A stretch of DNA of 64,000 nucleotides from Verrucomicrobiales bacterium (GTDB lineage Bacteria; Verrucomicrobiota; Verrucomicrobiia; Verrucomicrobiales; DEV007): NCBI GenBank assembly GCA_018058245.1, contig JAGPCC010000002.1, positions 2,643 through 66,642 on the forward strand, read 5' to 3'. The position numbers and the translations under genes are program-made. Of this stretch, positions 19,157 to 28,691 are shown in pieces. How positions within the stretch are numbered: the first letter of the stretch is position 1; each line of letters opens with the position of its first letter. Under the pieces are notes generated by a model that had not been told where the DNA came from, searched no databases, and worked only from the letters and a program-made list of their open reading frames with translations.

Positions 19157-21361
19157 TTGAGTCCGACCCACAGCGAGCTGACCTTTTCCTGGACCCCGAC
19201 AACGGTGGTCTTCGGGGTCATTCTCTTATCGGTGACGATCTTTCTCGGCTTCCTCATCTGGAAGCGCAGCCTCTACTCGACCTCGAGCGGACTCTTGGAA
19301 TCGCTGCGAATCCTCATCGTCACCTGTGTTGTTCTGACGCTGAACCAGCCGGAATGGCGCGAGACTTTCGAACCGGATCGGAAGCCGGTCATCGCGGTGC
19401 TTCGGGACGATTCCGCCAGTATGGATACCGAGGACATTTCTCGGGACGAGTCTCCTGCCACCCTCCGGGAATCCCGGAAAACCGTCGCGACGCGCTTGAC
19501 CACGGCCGAGTCCTGGAACGCCCTCAACGAAACCTTCGAAGTCGTCATCGCGGGTTTCTCCGCACCGATCGACGGCGGAGATACGGGAACAGATTTCAGC
19601 ACCGAGCTTGACGATATTCTCGAGCGGTATCCGACCCTTGCCGGGGCGGTCCTCGTCTCTGACGGCGATTGGAATAGTGGAGAACCCCCGGTGAGGGCTG
19701 CCACGAAGTTCCGCATGAGGGGAGTTCCGATCTTTACCGTCCCCGTCGGGAGCGAGACCCGCCTTCCCGATCTCGCGGTGACGGCCTTTGATGTACCCAC
19801 TTTTGGTATTGCAGGGAAACCGGTCAGGCTCCCCTTCACACTCACGAACTCTCTGGCTCGTGATTACACCACCACTCTCGAAATCAAGACCAACGAGGGC
19901 GAAACGATCACAAGCGAAGTCACCATTCCCGCGATGGGACGAATCCAGGACACGATCCTCTGGACACCCAAAACCGTCGGTGATTTTCAACTAACCCTCA
20001 CTCTTCCCGTGAATGACGAGGAACATGATGCAACGAACAATTCCATCACCGCCCCCATCGCAATCCGAAAGGAGGAACTCAAAGTCCTCATCATCGAGAG
20101 CTTTCCGCGATGGGAATATCGCTACCTCCGGAATGCGCTCGTCCGGGACCCGGGCGTCGAGGTTCGATGCCTCCTCTTCCATCCTGACATTACCGCAAGA
20201 GGAGGTGGCCCCGACTACCTGGACGAATTCCCCGATGCCGAGCTACTCTCCACCTTCGATGTCATCGTCCTAGGCGATGTCGGAATCGATCCAGGACAGC
20301 TCTCCCTCGAACAGGCTGGTGCGATCAAACGGCAAGTCGCAACTCAGGCCGCCGGTCTCGTCCTCTTGCCGGGATTTCGGGGAAATCAGATGAGCCTCCT
20401 TGAGACCGACCTGGAAGCTCTTTTCCCCGTGTATCTCGATCCTGCGCAACCACGCGGTTGGGGAGCGGCCACCCCGGGCCAGTTCGAACTGACGGAAATC
20501 GGGGCGAGCAGTCTTCTTACCCGTCTTGAGGACACGGAAAGCGCCAATTCCAATATCTGGGCGTCGCTCCCGGGGTTTCAGTGGTATGCCGGAGTGACTC
20601 GCGCCAAAGCTGGTTCGGAAGTCCTCGCAACCCACAGTTCGGAGACCAATCGTTACGGACGCATCCCACTCATTGTCACCAAAACCTACGGCACCGGGAA
20701 AATCCTTTTTATGGGGACCGACGGTGCCTGGCGGTGGCGGAAAGGGGTCGAGGATCGCTATCACTACCGCTTCTGGGGACAAGTCGCACGTTGGATGGCC
20801 TACCAGAGAAATATGGCCAGCGACGAGCGGATGCGCCTCTTTTTCGCCCCAGACCGCCCCCGAACCGGTGACACCCTGACATTAAACGCAAATGTCATGA
20901 GCGTCGGTGGCGAACCGCTTCAGGTCGCCACCGTGAACGTACAGATTACGACTCCTTCGGGAAAAGTGGAAACGGTTCGGTTGCAACCGGGTGGGGATGA
21001 ACAATGGGGACTTTTCACCGCGAGCTACGTGCCCTCCGCCCCCGGAGAACACAAGCTAACGATGACTTGTCTCGAAAATGGTGGCACGCTCGATACTAGC
21101 ATTACGGTGCAGGGAACAGCTCGCGAACTCGTCGGACAACCCGCTCGCTACGATGCGATGGAGGAGATCGCCCGAATCAGTCGCGGCGAGATGCTCCTCA
21201 CTCCGGATCTCAGTGTCATACAGCAACATATTCTCTCCCTCCCGGAACCAGCGCCCATCGAAAGACGTCTGCGACTCTGGGCGCATCCGCTATGGATCGG
21301 TGGGATCATCCTACTCCTCACTGTTTTCTGGATCGGACGAAAGGTGGCCGGAGTCGTCTGA
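19157..21361 (+). CDS. VWA plus glutamine-amidotransferase-like domain membrane protein
   Basis: DDSASM, VLVSDGDWNSG, PRWEYRYLRNAL, YRFWGQVARW; typical partner in the PVC MoxR cluster. Confidence 0.78.
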   Translation: MSPTHSELTFSWTPTTVVFGVILLSVTIFLGFLIWKRSLYSTSSGLLESLRILIVTCVVLTLNQPEWRETFEPDRKPVIAVLRDDSASMDTEDISRDESPATLRESRKTVATRLTTAESWNALNETFEVVIAGFSAPIDGGDTGTDFSTELDDILERYPTLAGAVLVSDGDWNSGEPPVRAATKFRMRGVPIFTVPVGSETRLPDLAVTAFDVPTFGIAGKPVRLPFTLTNSLARDYTTTLEIKTNEGETITSEVTIPAMGRIQDTILWTPKTVGDFQLTLTLPVNDEEHDATNNSITAPIAIRKEELKVLIIESFPRWEYRYLRNALVRDPGVEVRCLLFHPDITARGGGPDYLDEFPDAELLSTFDVIVLGDVGIDPGQLSLEQAGAIKRQVATQAAGLVLLPGFRGNQMSLLETDLEALFPVYLDPAQPRGWGAATPGQFELTEIGASSLLTRLEDTESANSNIWASLPGFQWYAGVTRAKAGSEVLATHSSETNRYGRIPLIVTKTYGTGKILFMGTDGAWRWRKGVEDRYHYRFWGQVARWMAYQRNMASDERMRLFFAPDRPRTGDTLTLNANVMSVGGEPLQVATVNVQITTPSGKVETVRLQPGGDEQWGLFTASYVPSAPGEHKLTMTCLENGGTLDTSITVQGTARELVGQPARYDAMEEIARISRGEMLLTPDLSVIQQHILSLPEPAPIERRLRLWAHPLWIGGIILLLTVFWIGRKVAGVV

Positions 21362-21386
21362 CCGAGTCGTCTGACCGAGTCGTCTG
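21351..21386. repeat. 13-bp tandem repeat (GAGTCGTCTGACC)x2.8 spanning a stop codon
   Basis: Read directly; the TGA of the upstream gene lies in the first unit. Confidence 0.85.
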
Positions 21387-21477
21387 CGCGACGATTTCCC
21401 GTTTCCCTGCGGTCAGAAAGCCCCTACCGTATCAAGCGGGTTGATAATCCTCCCGGAACAGCAACATTCCCCGCTTT

Positions 21478-22758
21478 TTGATGAACTTCAGCGACCTCCG
21501 ATCAATTCTACAATACGTGCCACAATTCCGCGGGCGCACCTTCGTGGTTGCGCTCGACGGTTCCGTGATCGATTCGCGGGATTTCTCGAACATACTCCTC
21601 GATATCGCGGTCCTGCGCTCTCTGAACATCAAAGTCGTCCTCGTCCACGGTGCCGCCGCTCAGATCGAAGCGCTCGGGAGCAAGCGGAATGTCCCGCTCT
21701 CCAATCTCGACGGCACCGGCACGACCGACGAAGCCACTCTCGAGGTCAGCATGGACGCCATCACCCGCCTCAGCAATTCGGTGATGCAGAGCCTCACCAC
21801 GGTGAAACTAAAGGCGGCTACCGCCAACGCGATCCACGCCCACCCGGCCGGCATCATCAAAGGCATCGACACGGGATTCACCGGGACGATCGAAAAAATC
21901 GACAGCAGTGTTCTCCAAAGTTTTCTCGATCAGGACATCCTCCCCGTCGTGCCGCCGCTCGGCTTCGACGCCGACGGTCAGACCCTCCGTGTGAACTCCG
22001 ATGCAGTCGCTCGTGAGGTCGCGACAGCTCTGGCCGCAGCAAAAATCCTCTTTGTCTCGACGGCCGATCCTCGGGATGTCACGCACGAAGGCCAGCGACA
22101 GTGGAGTGCCGAAGCCGCCCTGACCTTCATCGAGGAAAATCCATCGCTCCCGACCGGCATGGTCTCCAAGTTAAAACATGCTGCTCGGGCCTCTCGCGAT
22201 GGAGTTCCTCGAGTCCATCTCATCAGTAGTCGCACCGAAGACGCGATCCTGTCCGAGCTTTTCAGCAACGAAGGGGTCGGCGTCATGATCTATTCGGATG
22301 CGTATCAAAAAGTTCGGAAGGCTACCCGGAACGACATCGACGAACTCTATCTCCTCATCCACCGGGCGATTGAGGACGAGCAACTCATCGAGAGAAGTCG
22401 CGCGGACATTCAAAGCGTCATCGACGACTACATCGTCGTCGAGATCGACGGAAACGTGGTCGGTTGCGTCGCAGTTCACCCTTATCGGGATGACAACAAG
22501 GCCGAGCTCGCCTGTCTCTATGTGAAAAAGGGACACACCGGGCAAGGTTATGGGAACATCCTCGTGGACGCCGCCGCAGCGCGTGGGAAGGAACTGGGAT
22601 GCGCCCACCTCTTCGCCCTCTCCACCCAGGCCGCGGGATACCTCGAACGGGCCGGATTCAACAAGAGCGACGATCTCACTTACCTCCCGGTCCAGAGACG
22701 ACGCAAATGGGAGGAAAATGGTCGCAATGCCGTCCTACTCCTCCGTAGTCTTTCCTGA
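21478..22758 (+). CDS. argA: Amino-acid N-acetyltransferase (AAK plus GNAT domains)
   Basis: YVPQFRGRTFVV, LVHGA, ELFSNEGVG, ELACLYV...GQGYG. Confidence 0.92.
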   Translation: MMNFSDLRSILQYVPQFRGRTFVVALDGSVIDSRDFSNILLDIAVLRSLNIKVVLVHGAAAQIEALGSKRNVPLSNLDGTGTTDEATLEVSMDAITRLSNSVMQSLTTVKLKAATANAIHAHPAGIIKGIDTGFTGTIEKIDSSVLQSFLDQDILPVVPPLGFDADGQTLRVNSDAVAREVATALAAAKILFVSTADPRDVTHEGQRQWSAEAALTFIEENPSLPTGMVSKLKHAARASRDGVPRVHLISSRTEDAILSELFSNEGVGVMIYSDAYQKVRKATRNDIDELYLLIHRAIEDEQLIERSRADIQSVIDDYIVVEIDGNVVGCVAVHPYRDDNKAELACLYVKKGHTGQGYGNILVDAAAARGKELGCAHLFALSTQAAGYLERAGFNKSDDLTYLPVQRRRKWEENGRNAVLLLRSLS

Positions 22759-23988
22759 GTTTTCCTCCGCATTGACCGAGTGGATCACAAAGAGAGTCGT
22801 ATCATCGCTCCCGGCCTCGGCGAGAGACCACTCAAGGATGCGCTTGGCGACCGTTTCCGCATCACTTCCGTCGGCATCGGCATCGGCAAAACACTGGGCA
22901 ATATTCTTGTTCCACATCCCGTCAGTTACTCCGTCAGAACAGATCAAAAACCAATCCCCTCGCTCAATCGTGCTCGAGGACACCTGCGGGGAGACAAATT
23001 GACATCCCGCCCCGATTGCCTGTCTCAAGATGTTTTTCCGAGGATGACTGCGAGCCTCGCGCTCACTGAGCTTTCCGGCACGAAATTCCGCTCCTACGTA
23101 GGTATGATCAAAGGTTAGTTGTTTTAACTCGCCTTTCCGAAACTGATACAAACGACTGTCGCCGACATGGGCGAAGTAGACCCGAGTGCGATGGAAAAGC
23201 CCACATACCACCGTGGCCCCCATCCCCATCAGCCTCGGATCGCGATCTCCGACGCGGGTGACATAGTCATGCAGCGATCTGACCGCAGACTCCAGGAGTG
23301 CTTCTGGATCCGCCGCACCGTGGAAGTCCCCCAGCATGGCGGGAAGAAAACGACGCAATTCTCTCACGACCAGCTCGCTGGCCACCTCGCCCGAGGCAGG
23401 CCCGCCCATTCCATCACTAACCGCAAAGATGAGTCCACTGTCATCAATCGAATTTTCCCCGCTCAAATCAGCACTGTTGGCCCATCCCTTTTCCGAATAA
23501 AACACCGAGAGAGCATCCTGATTGACCGACTTCCGCCTCCCGTCATGACTGAGACCGCACCATTGCAGAATCCGGTGCGCTTCCTCCTCCTGGCAGAGAT
23601 GTCCGGGATGTTCCTTCACCTCGGCGAGTTCAAAATCGATGATGCAAAACTGCCCCTGTCGTGCGTTGTAGGTGATGTTTCTAGGAAAAGGATCATCATG
23701 AACCACCCCGTATTCCTGCTCCAACATCTCAAAAAGCTCCGCTGCTTTTGCTTCGCTGATGGTTTTCTCGGCGGGCGCACCGCAATTCGTCGTGATGATC
23801 GTGAGGGTCTCGGGATCGCTCTCGAGGAGGCGCGGCACATAGTCACAGCCGCGTGCTTCCAGCACTTTCAAAACTCGGACTTCGTTCTGAAACCTCAGAT
23901 CATTGTCCGTGCCGCGGAAAGTCTTATGCACCCGACCATCGTAGCCGACTTTCACGATGGATCGGATTCCGTCCTTGGCGATTTTCAT
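22735..23988 (-). CDS. Fusion of a minimal protein-kinase-like domain and a PP2C/PPM phosphatase
   Basis: N-terminus: VHK...F-x-NE, HDDPFPRNI catalytic-loop-like, IIDFE. C-terminus: NQD, AVSDGMGG, HVGDSRLY, CSDGVTDG, GSDDTT. Probable start MKIAKDG at 23988. Confidence 0.8.
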   Translation of the reverse strand: MKIAKDGIRSIVKVGYDGRVHKTFRGTDNDLRFQNEVRVLKVLEARGCDYVPRLLESDPETLTIITTNCGAPAEKTISEAKAAELFEMLEQEYGVVHDDPFPRNITYNARQGQFCIIDFELAEVKEHPGHLCQEEEAHRILQWCGLSHDGRRKSVNQDALSVFYSEKGWANSADLSGENSIDDSGLIFAVSDGMGGPASGEVASELVVRELRRFLPAMLGDFHGAADPEALLESAVRSLHDYVTRVGDRDPRLMGMGATVVCGLFHRTRVYFAHVGDSRLYQFRKGELKQLTFDHTYVGAEFRAGKLSEREARSHPRKNILRQAIGAGCQFVSPQVSSSTIERGDWFLICSDGVTDGMWNKNIAQCFADADADGSDAETVAKRILEWSLAEAGSDDTTLFVIHSVNAEENSGKTTEE

Positions 23989-24124
23989 AAAAACATGATT
24001 CTGGGACGAAATCACAGGAAAAGCAAAAGCGAATCTCAAAGAAATGAGAAAACCCTGCCCCGTCATCAGCCATACCCGGTTGCCTCCCCTCCCGGACCGT
24101 GCTAATCGTGCCTTTCCCAGAGAA

Positions 24125-24424
24125 ATGACCGGCATAAAAGAAATACAACTCATCGGCGACGAAGTAGCGATCCGATGGACGGATGACAGCGAAGGCTACA
24201 TCGCGATGTCCCGGCTCCGAGCCCTCTCTCCCAGTGCCGAAACCGCCGGGGAACGCGATCTTCTGGGAAAACAAATCGGCGGCAATGAAATCGGGCGCGA
24301 TTTCAGCAAAATCACCGTGAAAGGGTGGAACATCGTCGGAAACTACGCGATTCAGTTTCGCTTTTCGGACGGACACAATACCGGCATCTACTCGTTCGAC
24401 TATCTCCGGGAAATAGCTGGGTAG
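24125..24424 (+). CDS. DUF971 / gamma-butyrobetaine hydroxylase-like N-terminal domain protein
   Basis: LRALSPSAE, VGNYAIQFRFSDGHNTGIYSFDYL. Confidence 0.88.
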   Translation: MTGIKEIQLIGDEVAIRWTDDSEGYIAMSRLRALSPSAETAGERDLLGKQIGGNEIGRDFSKITVKGWNIVGNYAIQFRFSDGHNTGIYSFDYLREIAG

Positions 24425-24524
24425 CTGGGTAGCTTTTTAGCTCGTAGCTGTTTAGCCCTTTAGCTTCTTTTCGCCTCAACGCCTCAACGCCTCAACGCCT
24501 GAATCCCTGAATCCCTGAATCCCT
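24414..24524. repeat. Compound ~8-bp tandem arrays upstream of purB
   Basis: Seven TAGC-headed units at 7-8 bp period (24414-24468), (CGCCTCAA)x3.6 (24472-24500), (GAATCCCT)x3 (24501-24524). Confidence 0.9.
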
Positions 24525-24534
24525 TCCCCAAAAA

Positions 24535-25953
24535 ATGATCCCAAACGTCCTCGCTGAACGCTACGCCACTGCTGCCATGAAGGCGATTTGGTCCCCGGAA
24601 GGAAAAGTCCGATTGGAGCGAGAGCTCTGGATTGCCGTCATGAAGGCGCAGCGAGACCTTGGTCTCGACATTCCCGCCGAAGCGATTGAAGCCTACGAAC
24701 GAGTCGTCGATCAGGTCGATCTCGCTTCCATCGACGCCCGCGAGCGGGTCACCCGGCACGATGTGAAGGCCCGCATCGAAGAATTTTGTGACCTCGCCGG
24801 TCACGAGCATATCCATAAAGGCATGACGAGCCGCGATCTCACCGAGAACGTGGAGCAACTTCAGGTCTATCGTTCCTTGGAAGTAATCCACTTCCGCACC
24901 GCCGCCGCACTGCATCGCCTTTCGCGCAAAGCCGACGAATTCCGGGATCTCGTCATCACCGCCCGCACCCACAACGTCGCGGCCCAGGTCACCACTTACG
25001 GAAAACGGATCGCCATGTTCGGGGAAGAACTGCTCCTCGCCGCGACCCAATTGCGGGAGACCATCGCTGGCTACCCGGTTCGCGGACTCAAAGGAGCCGT
25101 TGGGACCCAACTCGACCAGCTCAGTCTCTTCGACGGAGATGCCACAAAAGTAATCGATCTCGAAAACCGCATCGCCGGACATCTCGGAATCTCGAAAATT
25201 TTCACCAATGTCGGCCAAGTCTACCCACGCAGCCTCGACTTTCAGGTCGTCTCGACATTGAACCAAATTGCCTCGGCTCCCTCCAGTTTCGCGAAGACTC
25301 TGCGTCTCATGGCCGGACACGAACTCGCCGGAGAAGGTTTTGCCAAAGGTCAGGTCGGTTCCTCTGCCATGCCGCACAAGATGAACAGCCGCAGCTGCGA
25401 ACGAGTGAATGGATTCAAAACCATCCTCGGTGGATACCTCACGATGGCCTCCTCTCTCGCCGGAGATCAGTGGAATGAAGGGGATGTCTCTTGCTCCGTC
25501 GTTCGCCGGGTCATGCTACCCGATGCGTTTTTTGCTACGGACGGTCTCCTCGAAACCTTTATCACGATCCTCGACCAGATGGACGCCAACCCCGCCGTGA
25601 TCGAGCGCGAGAATCGCCACTACCTTCCCTTCCTTCTCAGCACGACCATCATGATGACCGCAGTAAAACGTGGGATCGGTCGTGAGACCGCTCACGAAGT
25701 GATCAAAGAGCACGCCGTCGCCGCCGCCCGCGCCTATCGTGCCGGGGAAAGTACCGGCAACGACCTCATCCAGCGTCTCGCCGCCGACAAACGCCTCGGA
25801 ATGACCGAAAAAGAGCTGCAAACCTGCCTGGAAGACGGACAAGCCAACGCCGGAGCCGTCAGTTTGCAAATCGATCGATTTCTCCGCGAAGCAAAAGTAT
25901 TCTCCGGCAATATCGAAGGATCGGAAACGTATACACCAGGAAGTATTCTTTAG
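24535..25953 (+). CDS. purB: Adenylosuccinate lyase
   Basis: HKGMTSRD, ARTHNVAAQ, GSSAMPHKMN signature. Confidence 0.96.
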   Translation: MIPNVLAERYATAAMKAIWSPEGKVRLERELWIAVMKAQRDLGLDIPAEAIEAYERVVDQVDLASIDARERVTRHDVKARIEEFCDLAGHEHIHKGMTSRDLTENVEQLQVYRSLEVIHFRTAAALHRLSRKADEFRDLVITARTHNVAAQVTTYGKRIAMFGEELLLAATQLRETIAGYPVRGLKGAVGTQLDQLSLFDGDATKVIDLENRIAGHLGISKIFTNVGQVYPRSLDFQVVSTLNQIASAPSSFAKTLRLMAGHELAGEGFAKGQVGSSAMPHKMNSRSCERVNGFKTILGGYLTMASSLAGDQWNEGDVSCSVVRRVMLPDAFFATDGLLETFITILDQMDANPAVIERENRHYLPFLLSTTIMMTAVKRGIGRETAHEVIKEHAVAAARAYRAGESTGNDLIQRLAADKRLGMTEKELQTCLEDGQANAGAVSLQIDRFLREAKVFSGNIEGSETYTPGSIL

Positions 25954-25962
25954 GGGAGGAGG

Positions 25963-26240
25963 GGTTCTTGGTTCTTGGTTCTTGGTTCTTGGTTCTTGGT
26001 TCTTGGTTCTTAATCCTTAATCTTAATCCTTAATCTTAATCCTTAATCTTAATCCTTAATCCTTAATCCTTAATCCTTAATCCTTAATCCTTAATCCTTA
26101 ATCCTTAATCCAACGCTCCTCCGATTAAGATTAAGATTAAGATTAAGATTAAGATTACGAACATTCCCCCTCTTTCACACCACCCCCTCAATCCCTCAAT
26201 CCCTCAATCCCTCAATCCCTCAATCCCTCAATCCCTCAAT
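25963..26240. repeat. Compound short tandem repeat block downstream of purB
   Basis: (GGTTCTT)x7 at 25963-26011; about 14.7 units of AATCCTT/AATCTT at 26012-26111; (GATTAA)x5 plus GATTAC at 26123-26158; (CCCTCAAT)x7 at 26185-26240. Confidence 0.95.
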
Positions 26241-26249
26241 CACCCCTCC

Positions 26250-27578
26250 ATGTCCCCGCATCTCACTGAGTTTTTTGATTTCCTCCGTTTCCCGAGCATC
26301 TCCACCGACCGCCGTCACCGAGAGGATGTCCGGAACTGCGCCGATTTCCTGATGCGGAAATTTACGGACATTGGCCTGAAGCCGGAACTCCATGAAACTC
26401 CCGGGCATCCCATTATCGTTGCCCGCAGCGAGGCAAAACCGGACCGCCCCACTGTCCTCATCTACGGTCATTATGACGTGCAGCCGGTCGATCCGGTCGC
26501 GGAGTGGAAGACTCCTCCCTTCGAACCAACTCTCGTCGGGGACAAGATTTTCTGCCGCGGAGCCACCGACAACAAAGGGCAGCACTTCGCGCACATCCTC
26601 GGTGTCGCCGAGACGCTGAAAGAGAAAGGCGAGCTTCCTGTGAACGTCATTTTTCTCCTCGAAGGGGAAGAGGAAATCGGTTCGCCGAACCTCGCCCCCT
26701 TCCTCGCCGCTCACAAAGACGAGCTCAAATGTGACGTCTGCGCCGTCTCCGACACCGGCATGATCGGTCCCGGCATCCCTACGATGACCTACGGGCTCCG
26801 GGGAATCGCCTGCTTGGAGTTCAAAATCCATGGTCCCACTCTCGATCTGCATTCCGGCGTCTACGGCGGAGCGGTCCCGAATCCGGCTACCATCGTTTCC
26901 CGTCTCGTCGCCTCGCTTCACGATGAAAAGGCCCGCGTGCAGATTGCCGGATTCTATGACTCCGTTGTCGACCTCGAAGCCTGGGAACGGGAAATGTGGG
27001 CTAGCCTGCCCGACGGCAATGCCGCCACCCTCGTCGAAACCGGAGCTCGCGGTCTCCTCGGAGAAACCGGATACACCGCCCTCGAACAACGCTGGGGTCG
27101 CCCTACCGCCGAAGTCAACGGCATCGGCGGCGGTTACCAGGGCGAAGGCTCCAAAACCGTGATCCCCCGCGAAGCGATGGCGAAACTCAGTTTCCGTCTC
27201 GTCCCGGATCAGAATCCGCAGGAGATCCTCGACCTTGCCGCCGCTCACTTGAAGGCCCATTGCCCCGATTCCTGCCGTATTGACGTGGAACTCGGGCACT
27301 ACGGTCCGGCCTACGTCATGGATCCGCATTCCACTCACGGAAAAGCCGCGCAACGGGCTCTCCAGCGGGCCTTTGCGGGAGAACCCCGCCTTATTCGTGA
27401 AGGCGGCAGCATCCCCATCATCCAGCACATCAAAGACATCCTCGGAGTCGATTCGCTGCTGCTTGGGCTGGCGCTCCCCGACTGTCAGATTCACGCCCCC
27501 AACGAGAGTTTCACCGTTACCAATTTCGAAGCAGGAATCCGGCTGAACCGGGCGTTGCTGGAGGAGTTGGGAGGTTGA
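26250..27578 (+). CDS. M20-family dipeptidase (CNDP/ArgE-like)
   Basis: YGHYDVQP, RGATDNKGQ, EGEEEIGS, IHAPNE. Confidence 0.93.
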   Translation: MSPHLTEFFDFLRFPSISTDRRHREDVRNCADFLMRKFTDIGLKPELHETPGHPIIVARSEAKPDRPTVLIYGHYDVQPVDPVAEWKTPPFEPTLVGDKIFCRGATDNKGQHFAHILGVAETLKEKGELPVNVIFLLEGEEEIGSPNLAPFLAAHKDELKCDVCAVSDTGMIGPGIPTMTYGLRGIACLEFKIHGPTLDLHSGVYGGAVPNPATIVSRLVASLHDEKARVQIAGFYDSVVDLEAWEREMWASLPDGNAATLVETGARGLLGETGYTALEQRWGRPTAEVNGIGGGYQGEGSKTVIPREAMAKLSFRLVPDQNPQEILDLAAAHLKAHCPDSCRIDVELGHYGPAYVMDPHSTHGKAAQRALQRAFAGEPRLIREGGSIPIIQHIKDILGVDSLLLGLALPDCQIHAPNESFTVTNFEAGIRLNRALLEELGG

Positions 27579-27702
27579 TGCAAAGTCGATATAATGCTTT
27601 TGAGATACTCGCAACCGAGGATCAAAGGCCGTCATTCGCCATTGCACAAGGTCGCTTCCGCTGGCTTATTCCCCGTCTCGCAAATCGAGTTATTATTTCC
27701 CC

Positions 27703-28674
27703 ATGGCGGTAAAGTATCGTGACTATTATGAAACCCTGGCAGTCGATAAATCGGCTTCTCAGGACGACATCAAAAAGGCCTTCAAAAAGCTGGCGCGGAC
27801 CTATCACCCCGATGTCGCCAAGGATACGCCCGACGCCGAAGAGCGTTTCAAAGCGATCAACGAGGCCTACGAAGTGCTCGGAGACCCCGAAAAACGGACA
27901 AAATACGATACTCTCGGAGCCAACTGGGAAAGCGGCGGAGGGTATCCCGGCGGATATCCAGGCGGGGGCGGCAATGCCCGAGGCGGCGACTACGAATACA
28001 ATTTCGGGGGCAGCACCGGATTCAGTGACTTCTTCGAGAGCTTCTTTGGCGGCAGTACTGGCGGGGACCCCTTTGCCTCCTATGGTGGTCGCGGCGGCCA
28101 GCGTGCCCGAACCACTCGACCGATGGCCGGGCAGGATATCGAAGCGGATCTCCTCGTTCGTATCGAAGAAATCATGAACGGAGCGGTTCGCGAGATCCGC
28201 CTCACTCGCCCCGCCGCAGATGGTAGCCCTTCCAAAGAATCGACAATCCGGGTCAAAATCCCGAAAGGAATCTCCGAAGGTCAAAAAATTCGATGCGCCG
28301 GCCTCGGGTACCCCGGCATGAACGGAGGTCCCGTCGGAGATCTCTACATGAGAGTTCGTCTCGAGCGCCACCCCCTCTACAAACCGTCCGGTCGCGATCT
28401 CGAGAGTGATCTCGTACTTGCACCCTGGGAGCTAGCTCTCGGCACGAGTGCAACCATCCCAACTCCCCACGGAGACGTCAAGATGACCGTCAAACCATCC
28501 ACCCAGGTCGGAACCAAGCTCCGACTGCGCGGGAAAGGTCTGCCGAAGGACAAAGAAACCTTCGGCGATCTCTATCTCACCGTCACCGTTGAATTCCCCG
28601 AGACGATTAGCGACGAAGCAAAAGCGCTCTGGAAGTCACTGGCAGAGGAAAGTGACTTCCTCCCGCGGGGGTAG
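27703..28674 (+). CDS. cbpA: DnaJ-class co-chaperone / curved DNA-binding protein
   Basis: J-domain with HPD, G/F-rich linker, C-terminal domain, no zinc finger. Confidence 0.85.
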   Translation: MAVKYRDYYETLAVDKSASQDDIKKAFKKLARTYHPDVAKDTPDAEERFKAINEAYEVLGDPEKRTKYDTLGANWESGGGYPGGYPGGGGNARGGDYEYNFGGSTGFSDFFESFFGGSTGGDPFASYGGRGGQRARTTRPMAGQDIEADLLVRIEEIMNGAVREIRLTRPAADGSPSKESTIRVKIPKGISEGQKIRCAGLGYPGMNGGPVGDLYMRVRLERHPLYKPSGRDLESDLVLAPWELALGTSATIPTPHGDVKMTVKPSTQVGTKLRLRGKGLPKDKETFGDLYLTVTVEFPETISDEAKALWKSLAEESDFLPRG

Positions 28675-28691
28675 AGTTGAATCGAGTCGGA

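Noticed and set aside
15147-21361. MoxR-DUF58-BatA-VWA cluster as a novel system
   Set aside because: A common, recurrent module in PVC genomes; nothing atypical seen.
25963-26240. Possible CRISPR array or telomere-like repeat
   Set aside because: Units are 6-8 bp, contiguous, have no unique spacers and no cas genes nearby; the site is internal between two housekeeping genes.
26220-27647. Long antisense ORFs (also 23167-24105+, 27622-28371-, 37436-38347-, 51209-52417+, 54891-55892+, 57067-58020+)
   Set aside because: They shadow well-supported genes on the opposite strand, have no motifs, and are expected in GC-rich coding DNA.
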